From Camelus ferus (Eukaryota): a stretch of 64,000 nt of DNA. Below the pieces are notes generated by a model that saw only the letters and a program-made list of their open reading frames with translations, did not search any database and had not been told where the DNA came from. Of this stretch, positions 14,336 to 27,019 are shown one piece after another. Each line of letters opens with the position of its first letter. The first letter of the stretch is position 1. The stretch is from NCBI RefSeq assembly GCF_009834535.1, contig NC_045696.1, positions 79,424,001-79,488,000 on the forward strand, written 5' to 3'. The position numbers and the translations under genes are program-made.

Positions 14336-14605
14336 GGAGGGACAATATCTGTCACGTTCTGATATCAGGAGTAAGTGATGCCTGCACACATCCCTGAGGG
14401 GTCACCTCATGAGGACAGGGTTGGCTCCTACAGCTTCACAATTAGTAAATACCTCACTTATCTGGAAGCTACCTCTTCAATACCCTCAGTTATTTAGAAC
14501 ATAGAACAGAAAAAAATTTTTGAACAAAGTCTATATATTTAAGTTGCTATCGATTACTCAGAGTGGAAACACTCATTTCAAGCTTATTTGTTTTTATTTC
14601 ACAAA

Positions 14606-14609
<4 letters not shown>

Positions 14610-14657
<48 letters not shown>
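14610..14657. repeat. (TG)n microsatellite, about 24 units
   Basis: Directly visible. Confidence 0.97.
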
Positions 14658-14658
<1 letters not shown>

Positions 14659-15970
14659 CTGCTCAGTTTTCCAACCCATGACAGACCAGATCCAGTACCT
14701 TAGAAGGAAGCAGGTAGTGTTTCTAAACCCTGGCAAAGTGAGAGCAGCAACAGAAGACAACTGTCTTCTGCACAAAGAAAGTGGAGACATACAGACATAC
14801 GTACACATCCACACACATAAATAAACAGGCAAACAAACATCTGAAATAAGCACTCAGAAATATTTAAATCTGGAGTTACTCAGTAAAATGGTCCCACAGA
14901 CAACACCAGCCTTTGAAGGCATCGAGGGACTAAACTTACCCCTGGGTGCTCACATCAGGGACAAGCTTCCATCACTAGACATCTCTAAACCACAGATGCT
15001 TCTCCTGTGTGTCCCCATGACGCCCTGTGACCCCTTTCTGAGGGTGCTTACTATCTTGTTATTTTCTCCTTCTGTATATGCCACCCCCACGAGATAGGGA
15101 ACGCTTTGAAGATGGCTCTTTAATGCCCATTTATCTCTGCATCTCCAGGGCCTCGCAGACACTCAACAGAAGTGTGGAAAGAACCACGGAGCGGCAGCTG
15201 CTAGTTTACCTCCAGAAGAGACAGCCTGCAGCCCAGTAACACAGCAGCTGTTGTATCAGTAGCCAAAGCATCCCCAAGCTTTACAGAGATTTGTACAGGT
15301 ACAGCATAGGCTGCTTCCTTTTTTCAAACAGATGGATAGAAAGTTTTAAACCCCTGCTTCTTGGCAGAGCAACAAAGGTGGGCTCACAACATGGCTGACA
15401 TAATTATAGTTTTGGTTATGCCTGATGCATTTTATTCTGATGTGCATATTTTGTGCTCTGTACACACTTAAAGATTTAATTAAATGTTTTATTATAGGGT
15501 ACACAATGCCAAATACCAGCATCATTACCTTTTTTTTTTCTTTTTTCCCACAGAAACAGCCGCTTCCTCATTTTGTTATGAGATTTTGATACAAATCCGC
15601 CTAACATTTACTTGGTCATATTGACATGGTCATCAGCAAAAATGTCCTGTTTCTTATTACTTGCAGTGTAAGCTCCCCGAGGGCAGATACGCTCTGCCCA
15701 GCTAAGCCTCCTGGACATGAGTGCTTTGTCCACAGTGGGCTCAGGCAGGCAGAGAGGGAACAGTCATGAAGGAAATCTGAATCAGTGCCTTCTGGATGCA
15801 GGACACAAAACAGAGTAAGGCAACATCAATACCAAAAAGAATAATAAATGAATAAACATAGAGATAGCGAGACAGACAGACAGATAGCTAGCTACAGAGG
15901 AGTGCTGCGCTGATATTCAAAGATTCTACTAATGACAATCTGAGGCCCCAGTAAATATTTTACAAGGTTT

Positions 15971-15972
<2 letters not shown>

Positions 15973-16005
<33 letters not shown>
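15973..16005. repeat. (TG)n microsatellite, about 16 units
   Basis: Directly visible. Confidence 0.96.
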
Positions 16006-16007
<2 letters not shown>

Positions 16008-17365
16008 CCTTCAAAAAGCCCTTTGCTAAACTGCACAGGTGGCCAAAGATTTCTCATAAATAAAAACAGGAAACAAAAACAAAAACAAAAAACCCTCATT
16101 CATGGCCTTTCAGAGTGAGTTGGAATACAAAATATTTTAAATGGTCATTACAGGAAAAATGATTTTCTCTTCAGAATCAAAATTTATAGATATTTCAGTT
16201 CTCATTGAAATAAATTCCCTAAATAAGTGACTTACAATTTTTTTTAGGGAATAGAACCTCCCCCCCTTTTTTAAAATAAGAATCTTGGCACTGTAGGTCG
16301 TCTGTCCCAATGTGTGTGAGGAATGAAAGCCAGGTTCTGCCGGGGGCGTGGATGTGTGGGAGCGGGGAAGGGTGCGACGGCGGGGCCCTGGGTCTGGGTC
16401 AAGAGAGGCACTGGCAGGTTACTCAGTGGCATTGCTCACAGGCAGTTTTGCGTCCTCAGGATCTGCCTGGCTTGCAAATTGCTGTGCCAAAGGGACATAT
16501 CAATCCCTCTCTGATCAAAGCTGGGAGCTGCAAATGGAAGCCTGACCTGCTCCCCACCTGGAAAGATGGTGAGCTTGAGGAAGATGGTGAGTGGGAACTT
16601 AGCAGGAGTGGAGAGGTATCACTGGTCAAAGGCATTCCTCTTTCCAGAGAGCCCTTCACGGAGACAGATCTATTCCTGAGAGGTCTAGGAATCCAATCAG
16701 AAGAAGAATATATGTTCTTAACAGTTCTACCCAGGGCCCCCTCTTTCTTTCCTGGTAGCAGCTATGTTGACAAAGGCTTCATATCTACTTAGAAGACTTG
16801 GATCTGTCCTGTGTCCTCCCTGTGCTATGAACACTTCTCTCTGTCCTCTCTCTTCCTCCTTCTGCTTCCACTTTGAGGGACCTGGAAGGAAGATTCTAAA
16901 GTAGAGCCCTGAAACTTTTTGGGGAAACAGAAAATGAGCCAAAGAGAAGGGGGGCGGGTGTTTTTGCATCATCCTCCTAACTAGGAGACAATATGTCATT
17001 TTCTTTTTGGTGTAACAGCTCCAAGGGTCTTTGCCTTAAAGGAAAGAGATGAAGGAAAGAGTGAAGACTTCTTCCTTCATCTCTGAAACAAGAAGCAGAA
17101 AACTAAGACTGCTGTCGATTAATCAAATTCTCTACTTTTAAAAATTATAACTCGGGTTGCAACGACCCCAGGCCATCTTATGAAGATTCCTTTTTGTCAT
17201 TGTTTAAAACCAATTTTTGCAACATTTTTATGCTTAAATGAAAATTATGGGCTATAATTAAATTTCTCTAATGCTATCATTACATAGATACCAGATAAAT
17301 AGGATTAAAGTAAACAAAGAAATAGGTCTTAAATTTGAAATTATTTTAAAAAAAAACTTTGTCCA

Positions 17366-17500
17366 TTGTGGTAGCTCACAGCGAAAAAGAATGTGACAAT
17401 GAATATACGTATGTTCATGAATAACTGAAAAATTGTGCCCTACACTGCAAATTCACACAACATTATAAACTGACTATAACTCAATTAAAAAAAAAAAAAA
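17366..17500 (+). mobile_element. Severely 5'-truncated young L1 (3' end plus polyA), camelid type
   Basis: L1 3'-end-like sequence ending ...aactgactataactcaatt(A)14. TSD (a)n-ctttgtcca at 17357-17365 and 17501-17509. Confidence 0.85.
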
Positions 17501-18060
17501 CTTTGTCCAATTGCCTAAATATGACAAAAAAAAAAAAAAACCACTACTGAAAATCAATGCAACTACAGCTTTAAGTTGGTAGGACCTTAATTTTAACTAA
17601 AACCATGTTTGCATATAAGCAACCATCTGGATAAAATGTTTAAAATTCAGGGAAAGTTAAAAAAATTCTGAATCATTTTGTCTACACAAAGTCAAACACT
17701 TAGATATTTAAAAGTATCTAACTAGTGCATAGTTCACTCTCTTGTTAGAAAAATACTTAAAAACAAATTAAAGAGACTTCTGAGTAGAGAAGAGAGAATC
17801 CATGTCTATTGGAGGGGTTGGATAGCAAATGAAGTTTGAGTTTCGATTTGAAAAGGAGCCTCAGCACCCGTAAGTAGCAGCCTTGTGACCTCGGGTAAGT
17901 TATTTAACCCAAACAAGCAATACTTTTTCAACCTATGAAATGGCTATAATGACAGTACCATTTCGAGATTTTTCTGGGGATTCATTTTGAATGAAAAAAA
18001 TGAAAGAGTGCTTGGTGTCCCTCAAGAATTCACGTCCAACTGGAACATCAAAATGTGATC

Positions 18061-19501
18061 TCATAGGTTAAACTGTGTTATCCCAAAATTCACATGCTGA
18101 CGTCTTAGCCCTGATCACCCCACAATGTGACCTTCTTCAGAAATCAGGTCTTCACAGATGTATTCAGTTAAGAGGAGGTCCTGAGGGTGGGCCCTAACCC
18201 AATAGGACTGATGTCCTTATCAAAAGGGATAATTTAACAATTCAATAGCGGAAAAAACAAAAAACCCACAAAACTCTAATAAAAAAACAGGCAGAGGATC
18301 TGAATAGACATTTCTCTAAAGAAGACATACGGACAGCCAACAGGTGTATAAAGACATGCTCAACATCACTAACCATCAGGGAAACGCAAATCAAAACCAC
18401 AGTGAGCTATCACCTCACACCTCTCAGGACGGCTGTTATCCAAAATACAACAACTAACAAGTGTTGGCAAGGATGGTGGAGAAAAGGGAACCCTTGTGCC
18501 ATGTTGGTGGAAATATAAATTGGTGCAGCGACAATGGAAAAGAATGTGGAAGTTCCTCAAAAAATTAAAATACAGAACTACCATATGATCAGGCAATTCC
18601 ATTTCTGGGATTTATCTGATGAAAACAAAAACACTAATTCCAAAAGATACATGTACCCACATATCCACTGCAGTATTATTTAAAACAGCCAAGATATGGA
18701 AACAACCTAAGTGTCCATTGATGGATAAATGGATAAAGGACACATAATAGAATACTATTAAGCCATAAAAAAGAATGAAATCTTGCCACGTGAGACAACA
18801 TAGATGGACCCTGAGGGCAATATTCTAAGTGAAATAAGTCAGAGAAATACAAATACAGTATGTATTTATACTGTTACACTGTATACACTTCTAAATGTGG
18901 AATTCAAAAATTAAACAAACAAACAAAAAAAACAAGCTCATAGATAGACAGAAGAGACTGGTGGTTGCCAGAGGCTGGGGGTGAGTGGTGAGCTAAATGG
19001 GTGAATGAGGATCATAAGGTACAAACTTCCAGTTATAAAATAAATAAGTCATGGGGATGTAATGTACGGCATGGCAATGATAGTTAATAATACTGTATTG
19101 CATATTCGAAAGTTGCTAAGAGTAAAACTTAAAAGTTCTCATCAGAAGAAAAAAAAGTTTGTAACTCTGTATGGGGATGGATGTTAACTAGACTTATTGT
19201 GCTGATCATTTCACAATATAAATAAATAATCATAATGATGTACACCTGAAACCAATATGATGTTATATGTCAATCATGCCTCAATAGAGAAAGGGAGAAT
19301 GTCACGTGAAGAGACACAGGGAGACGACAGCCATCTATAGACAAGGAGAGAGACCGAATCTTCCACACAGCCCTTAGAAAGAACCAACCATGCCAACGCC
19401 TTGATCGCAGACTTCCAGCCTTTAAAATCGTGAGACCAAAGTCTTCTGCTGTTTTAGTCATGCACTTTGTGGTACTTTTTTACAGCAACCCTAGCAAAGC
19501 A
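18061..19501 (+). mobile_element. MaLR LTR (MLT1B-like), split by the L1 insertion
   Basis: 5' half has cccaaaattcacatgctga...gggtgggccctaacccaataggactgatgtcctta. 3' half has gaaccaaccatgccaacgccttgatcgcagacttccagcc...ctttgtggtacttttttacagcaaccctagcaaa. Confidence 0.8.
18236..19285 (+). mobile_element. L1 (L1MA-like): end of ORF2 plus 3'UTR
   Basis: Motifs gaatagacatttctctaaagaagacata, caacatcactaaccatcagggaaacgcaaatcaaaaccac and aagccataaaaaagaatgaaatcttgcc, ending gtacacctgaaaccaatatgatgttatatgtcaat. Confidence 0.92.
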
Positions 19502-19906
19502 GTGACCTTATTTGGAAATAGGGGCTTAGCAAGTGTAATTAAGATGAGGTCATACTTGATTGGGTGGGTCATAAATCTTACGACTGGTGTCCTTATAAGA
19601 AGGCCATGTGAAGACACAGAGACAGTGGGAGACACACAGGGAAGAAAGCCATGCGACAGCTGAAGTAGAGACTGGCATAACACAAAGCCAAATACAAGCC
19701 AAAGTATGCCAACAACTTCTGGCAACCAGCAGAACCTAGGAAAGAGGTAGGAAGATTCTCCCCCAGAGCCTCCAGAAGGAACCAACCCTGCCAACTCCTC
19801 AGCGTTGGGCTTGTCAACTCCGAGAACTATGAAGAGGATGAACCCCTGCTGTTGAAAGCCACACAGTTTGTGGCAATTTGTCACAGCAGCCCTAGGACTC
19901 TAACAC
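19502..19906 (+). mobile_element. MaLR LTR (MLT1C-like), 3' portion; its 5' start is at about 18010-18060
   Basis: gtgaccttatttggaaatagg...gtccttataagaaggccatgtgaagacacagag...agagcctccagaaggaacca...tttgtggcaatttgtcacagcagccctaggactctaacaca. Confidence 0.8.
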
Positions 19907-20773
19907 AGGGAGTGCTACATCACGTGCTCTGTCCACTTACAAAGGACCATGTGAGGACTTACGGTTAGAAATTATGCTTCTATATCTAGTCCAGAATGTA
20001 AGATGATCAAATCCTGAATGAGATGATGTGATTGTTACTAACAAATTTATGTGCTGGTGTGATTTTTGAAGTTGGTTATTTTCTAAACTACTTTAGCATG
20101 CAGCGCCATGGGGGGGGGGGGGTGGGGGGAGCTGGGGAGAAGGAAGAGGAGGAATATTAAAGGCCAAAAGATTATCAACAAAACCTGTCATGGGAAGGAA
20201 TGTAGAAGTTAATTAAAGATTACATCATAATTATTAAGCTAGCAGTATGTTCTACATGTGAAAACAATACATTAAAAATGCAGAGAAGAAAGGAGAGCAT
20301 TTTCTATAAAGGATTTATTTTGTGTCATAGCTCTTTTTGCTGGCGGCATGTGTCTTATGTTTTCAACTTCAACCTCAGTTTCTATAAGACAAAAAAGTAT
20401 TTATTCTCTGGAAAAACTGGGCAGGACAACTATAATGGTCTTCTAATCATCGGCTTCAGGAGACTCTCTCTGCCTGTCAGTAAACAATGGAACAATTGAT
20501 GTTGTCCTTTTAAAACTTTACAACCCTTCTAGATCTACTTCATTTCAGAGTTCCAACCTAAACTGTTAAGCTTTTAGAAGACTTAACCACATCTGTCCAA
20601 GGATAGTAATTCAAATACGAAGCCAAATCTCTGGTTTAATCTAGTTTCCATTCATCTTCAAACCCCAAATGAATCAGATGTTCTAATTATTCCAGAATGT
20701 AGTGATTTTTCTACTACCAAATTGGCTACCAATTTCATGTTTCTGTCTGATTTGGGATCCCACATAAACAGGA

Positions 20774-20806
20774 TTGTTGTTGTTGTTGTTGTTGTTGTTG
20801 TGTTGT
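20774..20806. repeat. (TTG)n microsatellite
   Basis: Directly visible. Confidence 0.93.
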
Positions 20807-20857
20807 TTTATTCCCTCTGTTCTAAAATAGTCTCCTTAAAGGAAATACAGTTGGCCA

Positions 20858-21010
20858 CTAACAAATTACGTATCTTCGAACAAGATACTTAACCTCTTTG
20901 GTTCTCCATTTCTGCATTTGTAAAGTGGGAATAAGAATCTCATAGGATTGTTGTGATATTAAAAAAATTAGCAAGGCTAGATGTCTAGAACATATTAAGA
21001 GCTCACCAAT
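20858..21010 (+). mobile_element. MIR SINE
   Basis: caagatacttaacctctttggttctccatttctgcatttgtaaagtggggaataagaatctcataggattgttgtga. Confidence 0.75.
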
Positions 21011-21149
21011 GTTAATTCTGTCTCCATTTCCCTTAGTGTCACACAGCAAGCAACTAAAATAGAAACAATCAGATGAGAGTACAATCACACTGCTCCCTCG
21101 ACCCATGTACTCCTGCTCATGCACTCTGCTAGCTACGTGCTAATTTAAA

Positions 21150-22612
21150 TTATCTACCAATGCTCTTTTTCATCCAAAACCTCCAATCGTTTGCTACAGC
21201 CCATCGTTCTCTAAGGATATTATTCTAGCAGTCTACCATCTTTCTTCTGTATTTTTCACCAACTGTTCCCCTCCTACTATATACAAACATTTCTCTGTTT
21301 TCCATCTTAATCTACAGCAACAAAACAACCTCTATTGTCCTTAAGCTTCCATTTTTTTTTCTGTTCCTTTTTATAGCAAAACCCCTTAAAATAATTATTT
21401 GTGCTTACTGACTCCAAATCTTCTTCCATTCTCTTAGACCCACTCCAGTGTGTCAGACCCTCACCATCTCACAAAAAGTTCATTCGGTAGAGTTGATCAC
21501 TGTTGTTTACTTTGATGTATTTTCTTTATTTAGCTTCTAAGACAACAAAAATACCTTGGTTTACCTCCCATCTCACACATAACACTTTCTGTCTCCAAAG
21601 CCTTCCCTTCTCCTCTCTGAGACCTCTCAATGATGGAACGTTTCATGGATTAATCTTTGGTGTCCTCTTTTCTCTATTCTCACTCAGCCTCACGACTTTA
21701 AAAGTTTACCTTACATACATCACAATGACTCCCAAATTTAAATCTCCATTTACACCTCTCTTTTGAATGTCAAACTAGTTCCCTGATGTCTACAGTTGGA
21801 TGTGTAAGAGTCACCTCAAATTTAGCATGTCCAAAATTAAACGTCATCTTTCTATTGTGCCTCTCTCTAAACTATTCTGCGTTTCTTTTTTCTACCTTAA
21901 TTGATGGCAAATCTATCCTTCTAGGTATTCAGACCAAAATCTAGGAATCATCTCTGAATGCTCATTTTCTTCCACAACCCATACCAAATGATCAAGAAAT
22001 GCCATCTTCGTAATGTATCAAGGCTCCACCACTTCCATGGTAACGACTCTGGTCTGAGCCTGGAACAGGCTGACGTCTTGTTTAAACTACAACAGCCTCT
22101 TCTTAGCTCTCATGGTTTCTCCATACTCTCCTGCAATCTACTCTCGATACATCAGTCAGAATGATCTCTTTAATATAACGTCAGATCTTTCTAAACCTCA
22201 TTTCCTCTCTCTCTCTCTCCCCTTTCCAGATTTACTATACTCCTAGCTGTTCCTTAAATTCACAGGACTGAAGACTCACCTTAATGCCTTTGCACTGGCT
22301 CTTTGCTGTGTTCTTTCCCCAGATACCCATTTCATTCCCTTCAGGTCTTTGCTCAAAAGAAGACTATACTATCTTATTTAAAATTACCTTCACACTCCAT
22401 ACCAGCACTTACTACTTATTTCTCATTTTCTTCTACCCTTTTACATTTAGTTGTTTATTGTGTATATTGTTTCCACACACTAGGATATAAGCTCCAGGAG
22501 GGCAAGGATTTTTTATTTTTGTTTTTGTTTTCACTGATACATCTCAGGGGCCAAGAGCAATAATGTAATCAACACAGAGTAAGGACTCAATGAACATTTG
22601 CTACATGAATAA
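21150..22612 (+). mobile_element. L2 LINE, long 3' fragment
   Basis: CT-rich L2 motifs (cacctcaaatttagcatgtccaaaa; taagctccaggagggcaaggat), ending ctcaatgaacatttgctacatgaata. Confidence 0.85.
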
Positions 22613-25600
22613 AGTAGATAGAACTGTATAATAATGAAGAAAGAACATTCTGTAATACAAATATAATCCCCTTGTAAAATCTTAAATACATTGACAGTGA
22701 TAGGAGTCATTTTTATATATATATTTAATGAGGAAAAAGTCAGTCTCTATGTTCAACAAATCACCAAATAAACCCTAAATTTGTGGAAAAAGCTCTTGAC
22801 TAAATTCAGCATTATCTCAGGTAAAGATTACCAAACAGAGCATGTAAAATAAAATAAAATATTTATGAAAATCAGGAGTAAAATTCTCAAGGAGTCAAGA
22901 ATTGTACTGGAGACATCTAATTATCTATAAATAAAAATTGGGGTAAGTAAAAACAAATGAGTCAACTGCAACAGAAATGAAAATTAATTCTGTGTTCATC
23001 TTGGAAGAGCTGTACAAATAATACAATCGAAGTGCTGGAGAAATACAAAGCTAAACCACTCTAGGGTGTCTGTAAGGCAATCTATGTTGGGGATTCTCCG
23101 GGTTCCCTCGTTCCTCCTTTCTGTGTTTACTGCCTAACATTTGACCTCTTTACTGTTGGTTGGCAACTCTCACAAGTGAGCAAACTGGAGAAGCAAAATG
23201 AAATATAAGCAAATTAAAGCTACTCCTAACAACAGGAGGAATATGTCAGGATCTTGGCCTGGACTAAGAAAACGTGTATTATTGAAAAGTATTCAGTAAA
23301 ATGGGTACTAAGCATGCTTTCTAGAAATCAGCTGCTAACACTGGCTTGACCTAATTCAATTAGGGTGACCATTAAGCCTGTCTAAAATAGAGTCAACTGA
23401 TAGAATAAAAAGAATTCACTATGTATTCTATGAACTGCACTATGAATGTGCAGAAAGCAGGCAGGAAGAAGGGGAGGGTGAGAGGGTGGAGAAATACAAG
23501 ACTCTACTATAGAAATCATCTACAGGAGGTACTTTAACATAATAGAAATGCATCTAATATAAGCAGGAACTAGGGCCAAACCTGACTCTACCACTTCCTA
23601 GCAGTAGAAACTGGGTCAGAACACCTGACTCTCAGAACCTCCTTTCATATCTGAAAATAAGGATAGTAATCTTCTCCCGTCACAAAGTTCTGGTGATAAA
23701 TCACGTCAGTCCTCTACATCCAAATTCCGGTTTCTGCCACGTGTTATCTGCCTGTTTGGCTGAGTGTTGACGCTCTTCTCATTTTAAACACTCGTCCTTT
23801 CTTTCAATTTTGCAAGGATAAAACCCTGAAGAAATATCTAGAGAGTAATTAACATATGGTGAAAACTATCATGGGAAATATAAAAAGATAGATTAAAAAG
23901 TGCAACTGGGACCTGTTTTAAACGAGAGGCAGCCTGTTGGTAAAACTATGTTTTTTTCTTCTATTACACAGGAAAATATTATAAAAGCTCTATTTAAAAA
24001 ATTACAGCAAGGTGACACTTGGAGGAGGGAGATTTTCATCCTTTTATACACACTGAAGTACAGAAAACACTTTTTTCTTTGTAAATTTACTTGAATGTAA
24101 GTTCTATGGGAAGAGAGATCTTTGTTCCATTCATTATTGACCCCCTTGAATAGTGCATGACTTACAACAGGCAATTAAGAAATAGTTTTGAGTGAATACA
24201 GATTATAGGGTACTTGGTACAAGGATGGGTGTCCATCTGCCTCTGCAGATGACCACGTACAACCAAAGCAGTGAGATAAATAATGAGCCAGAATTGTATT
24301 AGCACCTAGATAAAATGCAGCACAACTATTCCTATAGCTCGTAAATCATCATTCATACACTTCCAGGATTCTGTTTAAGAACTCGTAGTCCACATGCAAT
24401 ATATATTAGTGCATGCATAAATGTGAAATAACTAATACTTTTTGAACCAGGATAATATAATTTCTTGAAGTGACCAGAATGGACCCTTCATGACAGCAAA
24501 AAAAGCTGAAAGTCAGGAAATTTTTCTTCTCTTCTGCTTAAAAGTCAAGCTCTAACTTTACTTTTGTTTCTTTAAAAAAAAAAAAAAGACTATTTATATA
24601 GACAATTACATTTAAATTCTGTGTTATTTAGATTTTAGGACAATATACAAACAGCTAATAAAAAAGCAGAACTTATTTAATGATAGTGGGATATATTAAA
24701 TACCAAAAAACCAAAGTAAAACAATTCTTTAGAATTCTTGATATAAAAACACAATAGATCTGGACTGTAAACCACACAGACTGACATAGGCATCTATAGA
24801 TCTTGTCCTCAGGCTAATTATAAACTAGTTCAAAGTTTGCCAAAGGCACAGCCTACATGCTTCTTTGCCAATGGAACCAGCAGATGGAACCAGCAATCCA
24901 AAGAACAATGCAAAAGAATCTTCTAATGAATCCATTTCCCTCTGAAGTTGTAGGAGAAGAAAGGTCACTTCCTCACATACTAGCTTACCTTTTGATGTCC
25001 TTATCGGGTTTTTTTTTTTTGATTGTACATATTTTCATGTATTATGCTCTAGTTATGCATTCTTCAATAGTATCTTTATTTATGACTTTGTGAATCAACA
25101 TCTTTATGATAGGAGGCGAAAGTCACTTAGCTAATTACACATGCTTGATAAGCTGCATAATAATAACCACTGCAGTAGTGTACATTAGTTGAAAGCATGT
25201 AAATTACTGCAGTTAGTCTCATTTGGGAAAAAAATAAGAGACTTTGTTTTAGTTATTTAAAGTATCCTTCTTATTGCCTCCACATCCACCTTCTAAAGCA
25301 TGCTATTCTTTTAACCTGAATGATGACATCAATAATAAAATAAAGGCTGAATCCCATTCTATTAGCATGGCCAAAGAGACAAGAACAAAAATAAAACAAA
25401 TTAAAACTCAATTTAAGGCAAATACTGCTGATTCGCAATTGAGGATTCAGTTTCATGAAGCTTCTTCCACATAAAGCAATCGTAGTAAAACAGAACAGTT
25501 GAGACACTTCCCACCCCACAAGGATGTTGTAATGAAATCTGACTTGGTCCAGCCAGGAGATTAGAAGTGCACAAAGAGATAGAATGTACAGCACTAGAAT

Positions 25601-26520
25601 ATTAATATGACTTCTGTATGAAGATTGAAAATTCTACAAAGTTATAATAAGGTCAAAATAACACTTAGATAATTTACTGCCATAGAAAATCATACTCTCC
25701 TATGAGTGATTTACTGGATGTTATATAAAAATGGATTGTGGACAAACTACATTCAGATGCAAGCTTGCAGCTGTCAGTGTCTACATTTGCTCAATCTGGC
25801 TAGAGGATGATTTGAAGGTTGATTTAATTGTAGCTTCTGAATCATGTTCTTCCCTATGTTTTAAATTGTTTAACATAAATATAAAAATGTTAAGGCAATT
25901 TTAAGACTGTAAATATTTAGTATAAAAAGCTGCAAAATCTCATTTTCTTCTGAAAGAGTGACTGAAAATGGAAAGACTGCCTGGGAAAATAGAATACCGT
26001 TCCTTAATAATGGTAACTGCCCAATAGTTACGGCAAATTTACCCTTACATGAGAAAGTTCATAGGGTGTTCATAAGAAACTAAGGAGAAACAAACAAACA
26101 AACAAAACTAGGCTTGTGACTGAACTGATCAATTTTAAGAGAAATAGGAATCTATTCTCTGTAGAAAAGGGTTCAGAGATCAAAGTTGACCACTGGGGAA
26201 GGCAGCATCTTTGGGTCCCCTGCAGGCAACAGAAATGGCCTAAGTATCTCTTCCTCTACACACAAACTCAAAGCAGAGCGTCAGCTCGTGCCAATGCTAC
26301 CAGCACCAGCACACAAGGCACCACCAAGGAGCTCTGTCAATGTCTTCTACTCAGCTAGCGCTCTCCTTGACCATCTTTCTGCTCTTTGACGGACGTCATT
26401 AATTCCAAGTATCGCCTAACCATTCACTTCCCAGTGTCAGCAAATCATCCTCAGGGAGAATATCTTGTTCTTCCTCTGCAAGCTGTTTCCCCCATTTTTT
26501 GTTTCCACTTTTATACATAC

Positions 26521-26580
26521 CTCCTTTTCTACATATTTTCTTGCCGGGTTTTCTGGCACATTCCTTGGATATTCTTTTTA
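26521..26580 (-). CDS. NLGN1: NLGN1 alternatively spliced splice-site A insert A1 (60-nt cassette exon, VKRISKECARKPGKKICRKG)
   Basis: The reverse complement in phase 1 reads (G)TA AAA AGA ATA TCC AAG GAA TGT GCC AGA AAA CCC GGC AAG AAA ATA TGT AGA AAA GGA G, the known neuroligin A1 insert. It is flanked by acceptor ttcatttttcag| and donor |gtatgt and preserves frame. Confidence 0.96.
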
Positions 26581-27019
26581 CTGAAAAATGAATAGAAGAC
26601 TAGAAAATAACATGGCGCTCCATCACAGACCGCCGGAACATGCAACACCGCTATCTAACTCGATACGCTCCTGCGTTTACCGAGGGCGGAGGATCCCCAA
26701 TTCGTTGAGCCTGCACATGCAATGGAGAAATGCTGATGCACCTTCTCAGAAGTCATTCGGTAGGAAATGGAAACTAGGAACCCATTTCTACCTGAATACA
26801 CGTGCTGCAGAGGAAAGAAAACGAGTAGGCACAGGAAAAAAAATATGAACAGATACACCAACACACATAAACAAAAAGAGCGGCATGCACGCATGTAAAA
26901 TATGTCTACATGCCAACAGGAAAAGCCATGCATGCTACCAGTACACATGAATTAATATTGTTAGAACTTAGAATAGAAAAGGAAAATATATCTCCCTGTT
27001 TTTCCTTCAGTAAACTCAC

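Noticed and set aside
14588..14853. ORFs with CV/TH dipeptide repeats
   Set aside because: Translation of a (TG)n microsatellite.
16310..16792. 160-aa plus-strand ORF
   Set aside because: No recognisable domain, and it lies in a GC-rich, probably repeat-derived block.
26961..27019. C-terminal extension of the 183-aa ORF ([19 protein letters not shown]) as a short secreted neuroligin
   Set aside because: It is read-through past a strong GTGAGT donor. Similarity to NLGN1 ends at the donor, and nothing supports intron retention.
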